DNA of 64,000 bases from Nitrosopumilaceae archaeon. Its GTDB lineage: Archaea; Thermoproteota; Nitrososphaeria; Nitrososphaerales; Nitrosopumilaceae. Position 1 is the stretch's first letter; every line of letters starts with the position of its first letter. Where the stretch lies: positions 576,001 to 640,000 of the forward strand of contig CBDBCR010000001.1 of assembly GCA_965203465.1 (NCBI GenBank), read 5' to 3'. This document shows positions 48,973 through 58,251 of the stretch, one piece after another. The notes beneath the pieces are model-generated. The model had not been told where the DNA came from and searched no databases. It saw nothing but the letters and a program-made list of their open reading frames with translations. The position numbers were made by a program, and so were the translations under genes.

Positions 48973-49051
48973 GCTGAAAACAAAGCTGAAAACAAAGCTG
49001 CTAACAGTGGCGCTGAAAGTAGCGCTGAAAGTAGCGCTGAAAGTAGCGCTA
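48973..49051. repeat. 12-bp tandem repeats, GCTGAAAACAAA x2 and GCGCTGAAAGTA x3
   Basis: Units at 48973, 48985 and at 49010, 49022, 49034. Confidence 0.9.
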
Positions 49052-49455
49052 GTGGTGGTTCGGTTATATCTTGAGCGTCCACAAGACGGGCGACGCCGGG
49101 GCAAAAGAGAGCGTGAGAATCCGGGGTAAAAACCCGTCACGGCAAGGCGGGTGCCGATTATGGACGCTTGGACGGCTACCAGATCCCGTATCCCGGAGTC
49201 GGATCTGGCGCCGCGCGACCGAAGGCCACAAAAACGGCTCGCCGGTGACGTACAAAAAACCGCATTCGCGGGGGGCTCGAGGCTTGATTCAGGATCTGTG
49301 CAGGTGCCTTAGGTTCTTCACGATCCGACATATTACCGGAATCGGCTCTGCGGCGGCCCGGCCGATGCCGGAGCCGGGTTTCCCTCCGCGTCCGGGACCT
49401 GCAAAAGCGCCTGGCCCGACTGAGCGTCGCCGGCCGTGCCTATCGCCCGTCCTCA

Positions 49456-52161
49456 TCACTTGGCCTTGCTTTTCTTCAGCGTCTCCAGCAGGCGGAATCC
49501 AGCATTGCGCTTGTTTTCGTCCGCGGACTCGGTCAGCGATTCTGCGTAGGACGCGATCTCGTCCGCGTGCTTTTGGTTTCCCATCTCTGCGGCTAGCATG
49601 TACGCGTCGTACTGATCCCTTCTCTCCAAGTTGCGCGCTTTTGTGACATACGCGTTCGAGATCGTAGCCATCAGGCCGGAGTCAAGCTCTTCGTAGCGTC
49701 CGTTCGCGTCATTCAGCCGCAGCCCGTATTTGAAGGCGCCTTTGGACGCGATGGCGTCGAAAAAGGCGGATCCGACGTGTTCTTTCAGGCTGTCGGGCGT
49801 GCGCGTGAGAAGGAACCACGTCAACCTCGGATTCATGTCTCCGTCTCTGAGCAATTCCAGCATCGAGTCGATCGCAGCCTTTGTCGTCAAGAATTGCCGA
49901 TACTTCGGATCGTCTAAAATCTCGAGCAGCTCGTACAGGAAGCCTGTCTGCTTGAACTCTTCAAACGCGTCGCTGGCCGTCTCGAGATACTCCGTGTCTT
50001 CGCCTTTTTTTCCAGCCAAGATCCTGAGGATCTCGGTGTTGTGCCTCTGATCGGAGCAGGACTGTAGCACTTTATGCAGCGCCCTGTCGATTTTCTTGTC
50101 CAAGTCGATCCTGCCGATCTGCTCCAGCAGACGGTGAGGAAGGGGCGCATTGGCGCCGGCACACTGCATCGCTAGATCGGCGATCCTGGAGCGGAGCGTT
50201 TCGGCCTCGTCTGGAGACATGGACCCGGCCAATTGGGCGCACAGTATGTCGTACCCGGCGCTCGGCGCGACGCCGAAGGTGGCCTCGGATATTATCTTCG
50301 AGACCAGGCCCGACATCCTGGCGCCCTCCCGGCGGTATTCCAGGCATTCCGCGACGAAAAATTCGTCCCACAAACCGGCCGCGTCGATCTTTTCGACCGC
50401 CATTTCGCCCATGCGCTCGGCCAAGCCTGCCCCGACTACGGCGCGGTTCTTGGAAAGCAGCTCTAGCGCGGCCAAGTCCGGCGGGTCGGCTAGGAACGCA
50501 TCGGACACGAGTCTTTCGCAGACAATGTCCCGCATGCGCGCCGGCATCAGGCCTACCTGCTCGGCCCCGATCCTTTCGACCATGCCGCGCGCGTTTCCGA
50601 GCAGCGGGCCCGCGACGTAGTGCCCGAGAGTGGCGGCCATTCTCGCGCGGACCGGAGAGTCGGGCGCCGCCTTTACCAGTTCTGCCAGCATCGCCACGTT
50701 GCCGCTCAGCGCGGGCATGCCGGGATCGGACTCCGAGGCCGATTCCCTCAGTATCTCGTCGATCCTGCCCATGTACGCCTCTTGAGCCCCCGCGTCCAGT
50801 TTTCCGAACATCCGGACCGCCTTTGGGTCCGAGCGGGAGAACGCGTCCTCGAACTCGCTTATGCCCGGCAGCGCCGCGTGCGGCGCCTGGCTCATCCGGA
50901 GGAACGGGACTATGTCCGCTCCGGGCATCTGCGTGGCGCCCAGGAACCTCAAAAGCCGCGAGCGCTCGGCCTCGGGCATCTTGGCCGCCTTTTCGCACCA
51001 CTCTTTCTGCTTGGCGCCGTCTTGGTACATGCCCGGATCCCCCTCCAGCGCCTTGCAGAATTCGGGCCACTCGTGCATGAGCACGACCGACTTGAGCAGC
51101 GAGTTGGTATCGCCCGTGACGAGGCCGCTTTGGAGCATGCCTGACTTTTCCCTGGATTCTGCCAGCCTGTACAGCGCCACGGCTATGTTGAGGAACTGGT
51201 TGATTTTCCTGGGGTTGTCGATCGCGCCGGACAGCAGTATCGTGAGGGCGAACTGGTCGAACTCCACGCTGCGCCTGCCGATCTGCTTCTTTGCGTAGGA
51301 CCTGAGGCTCTCGCCCAGAAACGACGGCACCCGGAGCGAGACCTGGAAGAACTTGCTCAGAAACTCGTTGCCGTCCCTGTCGGTGCTCGCCGCGCCCGTT
51401 CTCTTTAGGTGCGAGACGAGCGCCTCGTCGTCGCACGCGAGCACGTTGACGCAGCCGTCCTTCACCATGAACGTCTGGATCAGGCCCAGAATTTTCACGG
51501 CCACGGCGCTCTCGCACCTGTCCAGGTTGTCTATCACGACCACCAGTCTCTTGGGCCTGTGCTTGCCGACGATCCCGTCGTAGATCCTGCCGAACTGCCT
51601 CGGGGACGCGGTGGGCGGGATCGTCTTCCTCGCCGTGCTGAAAATCATCTTTGCCGACAGCGCCAGCAGGGTGAGGCACAGCGCCCCGATCACGGTCATG
51701 CCCGCCATGTCCGGATACAGAGCGAGGGCGGCAGCGAGGGCGGCCGCCGCGCCCGCGCCGCCGAACACGGTCCGCCGCCGGCCCCCCAGGCGGCGCAGCT
51801 CCGCGTGCTGGATCTGCCGCCGGTTGTACAGCATGTCGTCCAGCTCTTCCCGCTTGTACGGGGAGCCGGCCTGGGCATTGAGCTCCTCGAGCAGCCCCTG
51901 GGGCAGGGATTCGGGCGAGAGCCCCCACGCGTCCACCTCGGCGTACCCGAAGCCCTTGAGGTTCTCGTCGCTGCGTATCCTGTCGCGGAGCATGTGCGCT
52001 ATGGACGACTTGCCCACGCCCCATTTACCGAAAAGCCCGACGTTGAGCGGGGTCTCGGACTTTAGCAGGATGTCGGCCAAGGAATCGACGTAGTGCCGGT
52101 GCGCAAACTCGTCGCCGGCCCGGCCTTCCAGGGCGCTGTCTTTGAGGTAGTCTTGGCCCAC
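49456..52161 (-). CDS. KAP-family P-loop NTPase with two TM helices and a long helical C-terminus
   Basis: GLFGKWGVGKSS Walker A, DAW, TM pair, VVIDNLDRC Walker B, FLSKFFQV, NPRKI..F.N; GTG start at 52161. Confidence 0.9.
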   Translation of the reverse strand: MGQDYLKDSALEGRAGDEFAHRHYVDSLADILLKSETPLNVGLFGKWGVGKSSIAHMLRDRIRSDENLKGFGYAEVDAWGLSPESLPQGLLEELNAQAGSPYKREELDDMLYNRRQIQHAELRRLGGRRRTVFGGAGAAAALAAALALYPDMAGMTVIGALCLTLLALSAKMIFSTARKTIPPTASPRQFGRIYDGIVGKHRPKRLVVVIDNLDRCESAVAVKILGLIQTFMVKDGCVNVLACDDEALVSHLKRTGAASTDRDGNEFLSKFFQVSLRVPSFLGESLRSYAKKQIGRRSVEFDQFALTILLSGAIDNPRKINQFLNIAVALYRLAESREKSGMLQSGLVTGDTNSLLKSVVLMHEWPEFCKALEGDPGMYQDGAKQKEWCEKAAKMPEAERSRLLRFLGATQMPGADIVPFLRMSQAPHAALPGISEFEDAFSRSDPKAVRMFGKLDAGAQEAYMGRIDEILRESASESDPGMPALSGNVAMLAELVKAAPDSPVRARMAATLGHYVAGPLLGNARGMVERIGAEQVGLMPARMRDIVCERLVSDAFLADPPDLAALELLSKNRAVVGAGLAERMGEMAVEKIDAAGLWDEFFVAECLEYRREGARMSGLVSKIISEATFGVAPSAGYDILCAQLAGSMSPDEAETLRSRIADLAMQCAGANAPLPHRLLEQIGRIDLDKKIDRALHKVLQSCSDQRHNTEILRILAGKKGEDTEYLETASDAFEEFKQTGFLYELLEILDDPKYRQFLTTKAAIDSMLELLRDGDMNPRLTWFLLTRTPDSLKEHVGSAFFDAIASKGAFKYGLRLNDANGRYEELDSGLMATISNAYVTKARNLERRDQYDAYMLAAEMGNQKHADEIASYAESLTESADENKRNAGFRLLETLKKSKAK

Positions 52162-52221
52162 GCGGGGCGCGTACCGTTCCCCTATAAAAAATCGGGGGAT
52201 TCGGGGCCGCCGCGAGGGCTG

Positions 52222-52296
52222 GAAGCAATGCGCAATCGCCCAAACTCCCCGCATCCGCGCCTAGAAAACCCGGCCCCGCCAGTTTACGCGCGACTT
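52222..52296. mobile_element. MITE-like element, copy B (diverged)
   Basis: ATGCGCAATC...ATCCGCGCCTAGAAAA...GTTTACGC with the same spacing as copy A. Confidence 0.6.
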
Positions 52297-52551
52297 TCGC
52301 CCGCAGACGCCGCGCGCCTCGCGGCGCTTTTGGGCCCTCGCTTACGCGGGCGCGCAGAGCCGCCGCCGCGCGCTCCCGGCTCCCCCGGGCCGCGGACGGA
52401 GCCCGGACTTGCGATGCCGCCCCCGGGCGATCTCTGCGCCCGTCGGGGCGCGGCGTGCGCGGGGGGCCGGCGCTTTCGGCGCCCCGCGGGGACGCGCGGC
52501 GCGGGCCTCGCGCCAAGCGCGGACGGGCAAAGTCAGCGCCCTATGTCAAAG

Positions 52552-52625
52552 TAGGTCATGCGCAATCTCGCGAATCCCGCAGATCCGTGCATAGAAAACC
52601 CCAACCGGCGTGTTTACGCAGACTT
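52552..52625. mobile_element. MITE-like element, copy C
   Basis: ATGCGCAATC...ATCCGTGCATAGAAAA..CAACCGGCG.GTTTACGCA aligns without gaps to the core of copy A. Confidence 0.7.
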
Positions 52626-52642
52626 ATGAACGCGGATCCTGC

Positions 52643-52804
52643 TCATTCCACCAGCTTTACGCTCTTGGCCAGTTCCAAAGCATCGTCCAACGCTTTGCGC
52701 TGAGCGGGGGTCGGGCCGCGTTTGAGGTTGTCCATGAGCCTCGCCCAGTCCTCGGCATTGAGCGGTTTTATGTACCGGTTGGACGTGCACGGCCGAGCTG
52801 GCAT
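52643..52804 (-). CDS. Small protein resembling the C-terminal part of DUF1778/TacA-type antitoxins
   Basis: IKPLNAEDWARLMDNLKRGPTPAQRKAL resembles the LxxxDWxxFxxxLxxPPxP pattern; no GNAT partner adjacent. Confidence 0.5.
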   Translation of the reverse strand: MPARPCTSNRYIKPLNAEDWARLMDNLKRGPTPAQRKALDDALELAKSVKLVE

Positions 52805-52885
52805 GCCCATCCTGTTTCCGGAACTTTCCACGCAACGGCGCACCGCGCGCTCTTATCTAAACGCTTTGGAACTGTCGGGGTCCGT

Positions 52886-53546
52886 TTACGTACCCACTAG
52901 GCACGCGCGCGAGCCCGCCGCCCTGATCTGGGCGTATTCGGGGGCCGGCGGGACGCCCAGAATCTCGCCCAGCTTGCCCATGGTCGGGAGGCCAAGCTTC
53001 TCCTCGAAGCGGGTCATCAGGATGCCGAACCTCGCCCGGCCGCCGGCAGTCGAGCATTTCTGGCGCACGCTGCGCTGCCTGATCACGGACCTCATGACGC
53101 GCTCGCACGCGTTGCTGGTAGGATCCAGGCCCGGGTGCAGGATGAACGTGAAGAGCTGGTCTGCCGCGCGCTCCAGCTTGCCGCCGAACTTTCCGCGGCC
53201 CGCCTTCTTGTACTCGCCCGCCAGTTCCTTGGCGGCCGACGCCAGCATCGCGTGGTTTTCGCTAGCGCGGGTCTGCAAGCGCGCCGCCCGGATGCGTCAG
53301 CGACCTTGCCTCGTCGTAGAGGACGAGCAGCCTGAGGTGCAGTTCCACGTCCGCTTTTCCTTGGACCGCGATGTCTGCCCGGCATCCAGGAGGACGTGCG
53401 AAGTACTGCTGGCGCACCAAGATCACGTCGTAGACTACGTACCCGTCGGCCGTGCTGGCCGCCCTGATCCTGTACTCGAAGTGCTCCCCGAATGCCGCGC
53501 CGCCGCGCGACGACGCCGGGCGCACCGCGACCAGCGTGAGGGTCAC
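52886..53546 (-). pseudogene. IS66-family transposase remnant (frameshifted C-terminal half)
   Basis: VRPASSRG...ADGYVVY in one frame, then QLFTFILHPGLDPTSNACERVMR in another. Confidence 0.8.
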
Positions 53547-53928
53547 CAGCCCCCGCGCGCAGACCTGCCTGCGCTCGGCTCATCCGCCGCCGGATCGGGC
53601 GGGCAGGTCCTGGACGGCACGGCCCGCCGTGCGGGATCGGATCCGCGGGGTGCCGCGGCTTTTCTGGCGGCACGCTGCGCTCCTTCCCCTCGCCCCGGCC
53701 GGGCGACGACTGCCTCGAGCACCGAGGCCGAGAGGTTCGGGAAAGGCGTGATCGAAAAGGACGCGTAGTGGGCGGGCAAAAGGGTGCCGCGGCGGGCGCT
53801 TCCGAGGCGGCGGGGGGCGCAAGGCACCGTACTGGCGCGGCCCTTGCGCGCCGGGCCGGAGCGCGCCGTCGCGATCTTGCCCGGCGCGGAGCCCCCGCCT
53901 GCCCGGCCGCAAAAGCGCGCGGGCCGAT

Positions 53929-54477
53929 CTACGGAGCGCGCGCGCCCTCGGTTCCGGACACGAATTTGTCCCACACGTATCTGAACGAGGCGTTCTGTTT
54001 TTTGGCCTTCTCGACGTCGAACATTTCGAGTGTTTTCGCCATGAAATCCTTCCGCGACGGCCACCCTCCCCGCTCGAGCATCCTCTCGAAATTCTCCTTG
54101 GACACGGATTCCGTGTTCGTGTGGTAGGGGATTTGCAGGCGCGCGCACTCGTCAGTTCCCATGCCGGCGAGGCACCAGCTCTCGATTTCGGTTTTTACCA
54201 CCGCGATGTTGCCGTGGCGCGCGTTGGGGATCTTGCGCAGAGTCTCCTTTCTTTGTATGTAGCAGGTGCTCTGGTCAAAGTCCGCGAACACGATGTAATC
54301 GCGCTTGATCTTGTGCAGCGTTTCGACGAACTGCACCAGCGTTTCCTTGTCTTTGCTAGCGTACAGGCGGGTCTCGACGTTGTATCTTTTGGCGAGCTCG
54401 CCGCGCATCACAGAATCGAAGAATTTCTCGTCGTCGCGCCCCTCCAAGAACACGACCACGCTCGCGTCCATCACCAC
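53929..54477 (-). CDS. TOPRIM-like protein (DUF4435/DUF4276-like), partner of the ABC ATPase
   Basis: FLEGRDD, FADFD (DxD), EIESW acidic motifs; overlaps the ATPase stop. Confidence 0.75.
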   Translation of the reverse strand: MVMDASVVVFLEGRDDEKFFDSVMRGELAKRYNVETRLYASKDKETLVQFVETLHKIKRDYIVFADFDQSTCYIQRKETLRKIPNARHGNIAVVKTEIESWCLAGMGTDECARLQIPYHTNTESVSKENFERMLERGGWPSRKDFMAKTLEMFDVEKAKKQNASFRYVWDKFVSGTEGARAP

Positions 54478-55700
54478 TCCAGCATGTTCTGCATGTGCAT
54501 CTCGGCCAAGCCCACGCCGTTTTCCAGAAACTGCGCGATCTCTTTGTTCGCCGACGGGCGGCAGATCTCTGAAAACCCCCCGGGAACTTTTTTGATCGCG
54601 TACAGGCTCTCTGTTCCGGCATGGCGGACGATCTCCGAGCTGTGGGTTGTCATTATGATCTGCCGTTCTCGGGAGGCGTCCATTGCCATATCCACCGTCC
54701 TTGCCATCAGGGAGGGGTGCATGCTCTTCTCCGGCTCTTCTATAGCCACCACGGGCATGTCCCCGAAATACATGGACGCCACCACGACAGCCGCGCTGAC
54801 GATTCCGTCGGAGAGCGGAGGCGGGGGAAACTGCGCCTTTTCGGGGCGCCTGCCTGCCGCGGCGAGCGCGACGGACTTTGCAAAGTCCTCAGCACCCATC
54901 GATTTGACGGACGGCAGCATTTCGGACACCAGGGCGTGCAGTTTCTTTCTGGATTCGCCGTCGGCTAGCGTGCGCTTTAGCACCTGCACAAGGTCGGGAC
55001 CTCCGCCCTCTAGCTCCGGCGGCCCTTGGGGGATTCCGGCCGCTCTGGAAAAGTTGTACGCGCCTATGTTTTCAAAGCGAAGGAGCCACGGAAAAAAGTC
55101 CACCAAAAGACCGGATTCGACGAGCAGCTTGCCCTCTGCGTCCGACGCCGCGCAGCGCCCGAGCTCGCCTCCGAGGCGCCCACCAAGATCCGTCTCCAAG
55201 CGAAGCCTGCCGCCGCGCCGCGCCGCGTGGACGGTTCCCTCGCGGTCTGCGTTCGAGTACTCTGGGCGGTTGCATCCGGCGCCCGCGGGCCCTATCTGCG
55301 TGCGCTGTTCGCACACGTCAAAGGCCCAGGAATCTTCGATCAGCTCGGCCTTTTCGTCTCCCGCCCTGAACTCGAGGCGCCACTTCCCGCCCGTGCTGTA
55401 CACCTTGCGCCGGCCCGGTATGCGCGCGCGCGTTTTCGGCGCCTTTACTTCCAACTCGACCACCGTGCTTTTGCCAGCCAGTTTCGGGTTGCCGACGTAT
55501 TGTGGGCCCCCCTGCGCCGAGACGGCGCCGTCCAGCCCGCTCTTGCAAAGGTCGCGCAGAAACCCGAATATGCTCACAAGGTTCGACTTGCCGGAGGCGT
55601 TGGCCCCGACCACGACGTTGAGCCTTTCCAGTTCCAGATCCATGTCTGCAAAACTCTTGAAGTTTTGGACCTTGATCCGCTTCAGGAACAGTCCCTGCAT
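54471..55700 (-). CDS. AAA_21/AAA_15-type ABC ATPase
   Basis: NFKSF, GANASGKSN, LSDG signature, IEEPE, TTHS. Confidence 0.9.
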   Translation of the reverse strand: MQGLFLKRIKVQNFKSFADMDLELERLNVVVGANASGKSNLVSIFGFLRDLCKSGLDGAVSAQGGPQYVGNPKLAGKSTVVELEVKAPKTRARIPGRRKVYSTGGKWRLEFRAGDEKAELIEDSWAFDVCEQRTQIGPAGAGCNRPEYSNADREGTVHAARRGGRLRLETDLGGRLGGELGRCAASDAEGKLLVESGLLVDFFPWLLRFENIGAYNFSRAAGIPQGPPELEGGGPDLVQVLKRTLADGESRKKLHALVSEMLPSVKSMGAEDFAKSVALAAAGRRPEKAQFPPPPLSDGIVSAAVVVASMYFGDMPVVAIEEPEKSMHPSLMARTVDMAMDASRERQIIMTTHSSEIVRHAGTESLYAIKKVPGGFSEICRPSANKEIAQFLENGVGLAEMHMQNMLEW

Positions 55701-55829
55701 GCACCAGTCACCGGCCAACGCGTTAATAACCATTGCCGGCGCGCGGGATCTTCCGTGATCGGCTGCCCGGCCCCGGAATCTGCCGGAACCGGCCCGTACT
55801 TTAAATACACGGCGCGCCCGGAAGAAAGC

Positions 55830-56792
55830 GTGGAGACTCCGGCCGTGGCCCACGCGGACATACTCGCCTTCGCGGAAGAACACGTCAACCTTCCTAGGGA
55901 TTCCGCGCGCCGGTACCGGGAGCAGGTAAACGGCCTCAGAGAGAACCTCGCGCGGCACATCAAGGAGAACCCCGGCTTCGGGCTGGTCAAGATGCTGCAT
56001 TCGGGAAGCGTCGCCAAGGGGACCGCCCTGCGCACCATCAACGACCTCGACGTGGCCGTGTACGTGAAAAAAGAGCAGGCGCCGGTCGACGAGAAAAAAG
56101 TGGTCGGCTGGATGGAGGGGTGCCTCCGCGATGCGTACCCCAACAAGGATCGGGGCGACTTTGCCTGCCTGGACCACTGCGCAAGGATCAATTTCAGAGG
56201 AACCGGACTGGACGTGGACGTAGTCCCCGTCATTTACGAGGGGGGCGACGACGACCGGGGATACCTGGTGGACAAGTACACCGGCGAGAGGCTGCACACC
56301 AGCATCCCGCTCCACCTGGAATTCATGCGCAGGCGCAAGGGGAACGATCCGCATTTCGCGCAGGTCGCGCGCCTGGCCAAGTGGTGGGCAAAGCAGCGAA
56401 AAGACGAAAATCCCGGATTCAAGTGCAAGTCCTTCCTGCTGGAACTCCTGCTGGCCCACCTGTCGGACTTGGGGGCGAAGATGAACGACTATCCGCAGGC
56501 GCTCGAGACGCTGTTCAACTACGTGGTGCGCACCGGCCTCGAGGAGCGCGTGTCGTTCGACGACTACGATTCCGGCGCCCTTCCGGGCCCCACGGGGGCC
56601 GCCATCGAAGTACTGGATCCGGTCAACGCCGACAACAACGTCACCGGCGGGTATTCGGACGGCGACCGCGACGCGCTGGTGGGTGCCGCAGAAGAGGCGG
56701 CAGACGCCATACGCGAGGCCCTTTACGCCACCACCAAGGGGCGGGCGGTGGAGCGCTGGCAGGCCGTCCTGGGGGAGTCTTTCAGGGGGTAG
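55830..56792 (+). CDS. cdnC: CBASS CD-NTase, CdnC-like (type III)
   Basis: FAEEHVNLP, SGSVAKGTALR..NDLDVAVY, third Asp in DVDVVP, KSFLLEL, DPVN..NNV; resembles E. coli CdnC as recalled; TTTAAATA near 55800. Confidence 0.92.
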   Translation: METPAVAHADILAFAEEHVNLPRDSARRYREQVNGLRENLARHIKENPGFGLVKMLHSGSVAKGTALRTINDLDVAVYVKKEQAPVDEKKVVGWMEGCLRDAYPNKDRGDFACLDHCARINFRGTGLDVDVVPVIYEGGDDDRGYLVDKYTGERLHTSIPLHLEFMRRRKGNDPHFAQVARLAKWWAKQRKDENPGFKCKSFLLELLLAHLSDLGAKMNDYPQALETLFNYVVRTGLEERVSFDDYDSGALPGPTGAAIEVLDPVNADNNVTGGYSDGDRDALVGAAEEAADAIREALYATTKGRAVERWQAVLGESFRG

Positions 56793-56796
56793 TCTC

Positions 56797-57300
56797 ATGT
56801 CGACGCATTCCTTCACGACGAGCTCCGCGTTCACCAAGACCGCCTCGGCGTACATCGCCTCCAAGGTGTCGGCGGATCTCAGGGCCATGAGCGCGTACTA
56901 CGGGAGGCCCAGCGAATCCGAGATCGCGGACTACCAGGAAGAACTGAACGAACTCTTGCCTGGAGGCTACGTGTCGAGCGTGCAGTACGGGTTCAAGCGC
57001 AACGGCAAAAAGATAGTAGTCTTGGAATACGAACACAGGCCGTCGGGCCTGCGGGACGACAACTCCGGCCGCGTTTTTTCCAGGGCAGATGTCTCTGGCG
57101 CGGAGTGGTTTTCGTTCCTGACATACAGCGCAAAGTGGGACGCGCTGCACGACGGCGCCAAGAAGCAGATCCGACTGCGCCTTCCGTTCCAACGCTCCGA
57201 GGGACACGAACCGAGGGACGGCGACGGCTACTGGGCGGCCGACAAGAGCTACTCTGCGCAGGGCGCCGGCGCGCAGCGGAGGACGTTCCGCCCGCACTAG
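56797..57300 (+). CDS. cap7: Bacterial-type HORMA domain protein
   Basis: SKV.ADL..M..YYG.PS...I..Y.EEL..LL..GY...V.YGF pattern; lies between the CD-NTase and the AAA+ ATPase. Confidence 0.88.
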   Translation: MSTHSFTTSSAFTKTASAYIASKVSADLRAMSAYYGRPSESEIADYQEELNELLPGGYVSSVQYGFKRNGKKIVVLEYEHRPSGLRDDNSGRVFSRADVSGAEWFSFLTYSAKWDALHDGAKKQIRLRLPFQRSEGHEPRDGDGYWAADKSYSAQGAGAQRRTFRPH

Positions 57301-57309
57301 GTGTTGTGC

Positions 57310-58251
57310 ATGAGCTCGCAGGATCTGTTCGACTATGTCCGGGAAATGCCGGACGAAGACGCCGCCTGCCAGTTCGAGGCGCTCGTCGGGCTGGATCGCC
57401 TAAAGGATACGGTGCTGAAAGAGGCCCGCCTCGTAGTAGTTCCGGGGTCGCTGGAAGACTGGAGCAGGGAAAAGCACGGCTCCGTGCTGCCGTGCGTGGC
57501 GCAGTTCCGCCAGCGCTCTCCGCTGATGGTTTTTTACGGGGACGTGGGCACGGGCAAGACTACGCTGGCCGATAGCCTGGGGGACGCCGTCGCCCGCAAA
57601 GAGGGGATCTCCGTGACGCTCTTCCGCCTGAGCCTGATAGCCCGCGGGCAGGGGGCCGTGGGCCAGATGACCAGCCTGATATCGCAGGCCTTCGACGAGG
57701 TGGCACGAAAGGCCGGGCGCGGGGCCGGCCGGGACGGAAAGCCCTCGTCGGCGGTCGTGTTCGTGATCGACGAGGCAGACGCGCTGGCCGAATCCCGGGA
57801 CACCGAGCAGATGCACCACGAGGACCGCGCCGGCGTCAACGCGCTGATCCGGGGCATAGACCGCCTCGCCAAGGAGCGCCTGCCGGCCCTGGTGGTGCTG
57901 TGCACCAACCGGTACGAATCGCTCGATCCGGCGGTCCTGCGCCGCGCGGCCATCAGCCACGAGTTCAAGCGGCCCAACGACGAGCAGAGGGAGGCGCTGC
58001 TGCGCAGGGCCTTCGGCGACGTCTTCGGGACCGAAGAATACGAGCGGCTGGTCGGGCGGACCGGCCCCGGCGAGGCCGGATACGGGTATTCTTTTTCGGA
58101 CATAACGCAGCGCCTCGTGCCGAACATACTCTTGGAGGCGTTTCCGGACGGCCGCGTCGGTTTCGGCACCGCCTCGTCGGTGCTAGACAGAACCGGCCCG
58201 ACCCCGCCGTTCGGCCGCCGGGGGAGGGACGGGGCACGCCCACCGGCCTGA
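57310..58251 (+). CDS. cap6: TRIP13/Pch2-like AAA+ ATPase
   Basis: GDVGTGKT, RGQGAVGQMT, IDEADALA, QMHHEDRAGVNALIRGID, LDPAVLRRA. Confidence 0.9.
   Translation: MSSQDLFDYVREMPDEDAACQFEALVGLDRLKDTVLKEARLVVVPGSLEDWSREKHGSVLPCVAQFRQRSPLMVFYGDVGTGKTTLADSLGDAVARKEGISVTLFRLSLIARGQGAVGQMTSLISQAFDEVARKAGRGAGRDGKPSSAVVFVIDEADALAESRDTEQMHHEDRAGVNALIRGIDRLAKERLPALVVLCTNRYESLDPAVLRRAAISHEFKRPNDEQREALLRRAFGDVFGTEEYERLVGRTGPGEAGYGYSFSDITQRLVPNILLEAFPDGRVGFGTASSVLDRTGPTPPFGRRGRDGARPPA

Noticed and set aside
52222-52625. Integron attC sites
   Set aside because: No clear RYYYAAC/GTTRRRY ends, no integrase, no ORF between the copies, and one copy lies in the core region
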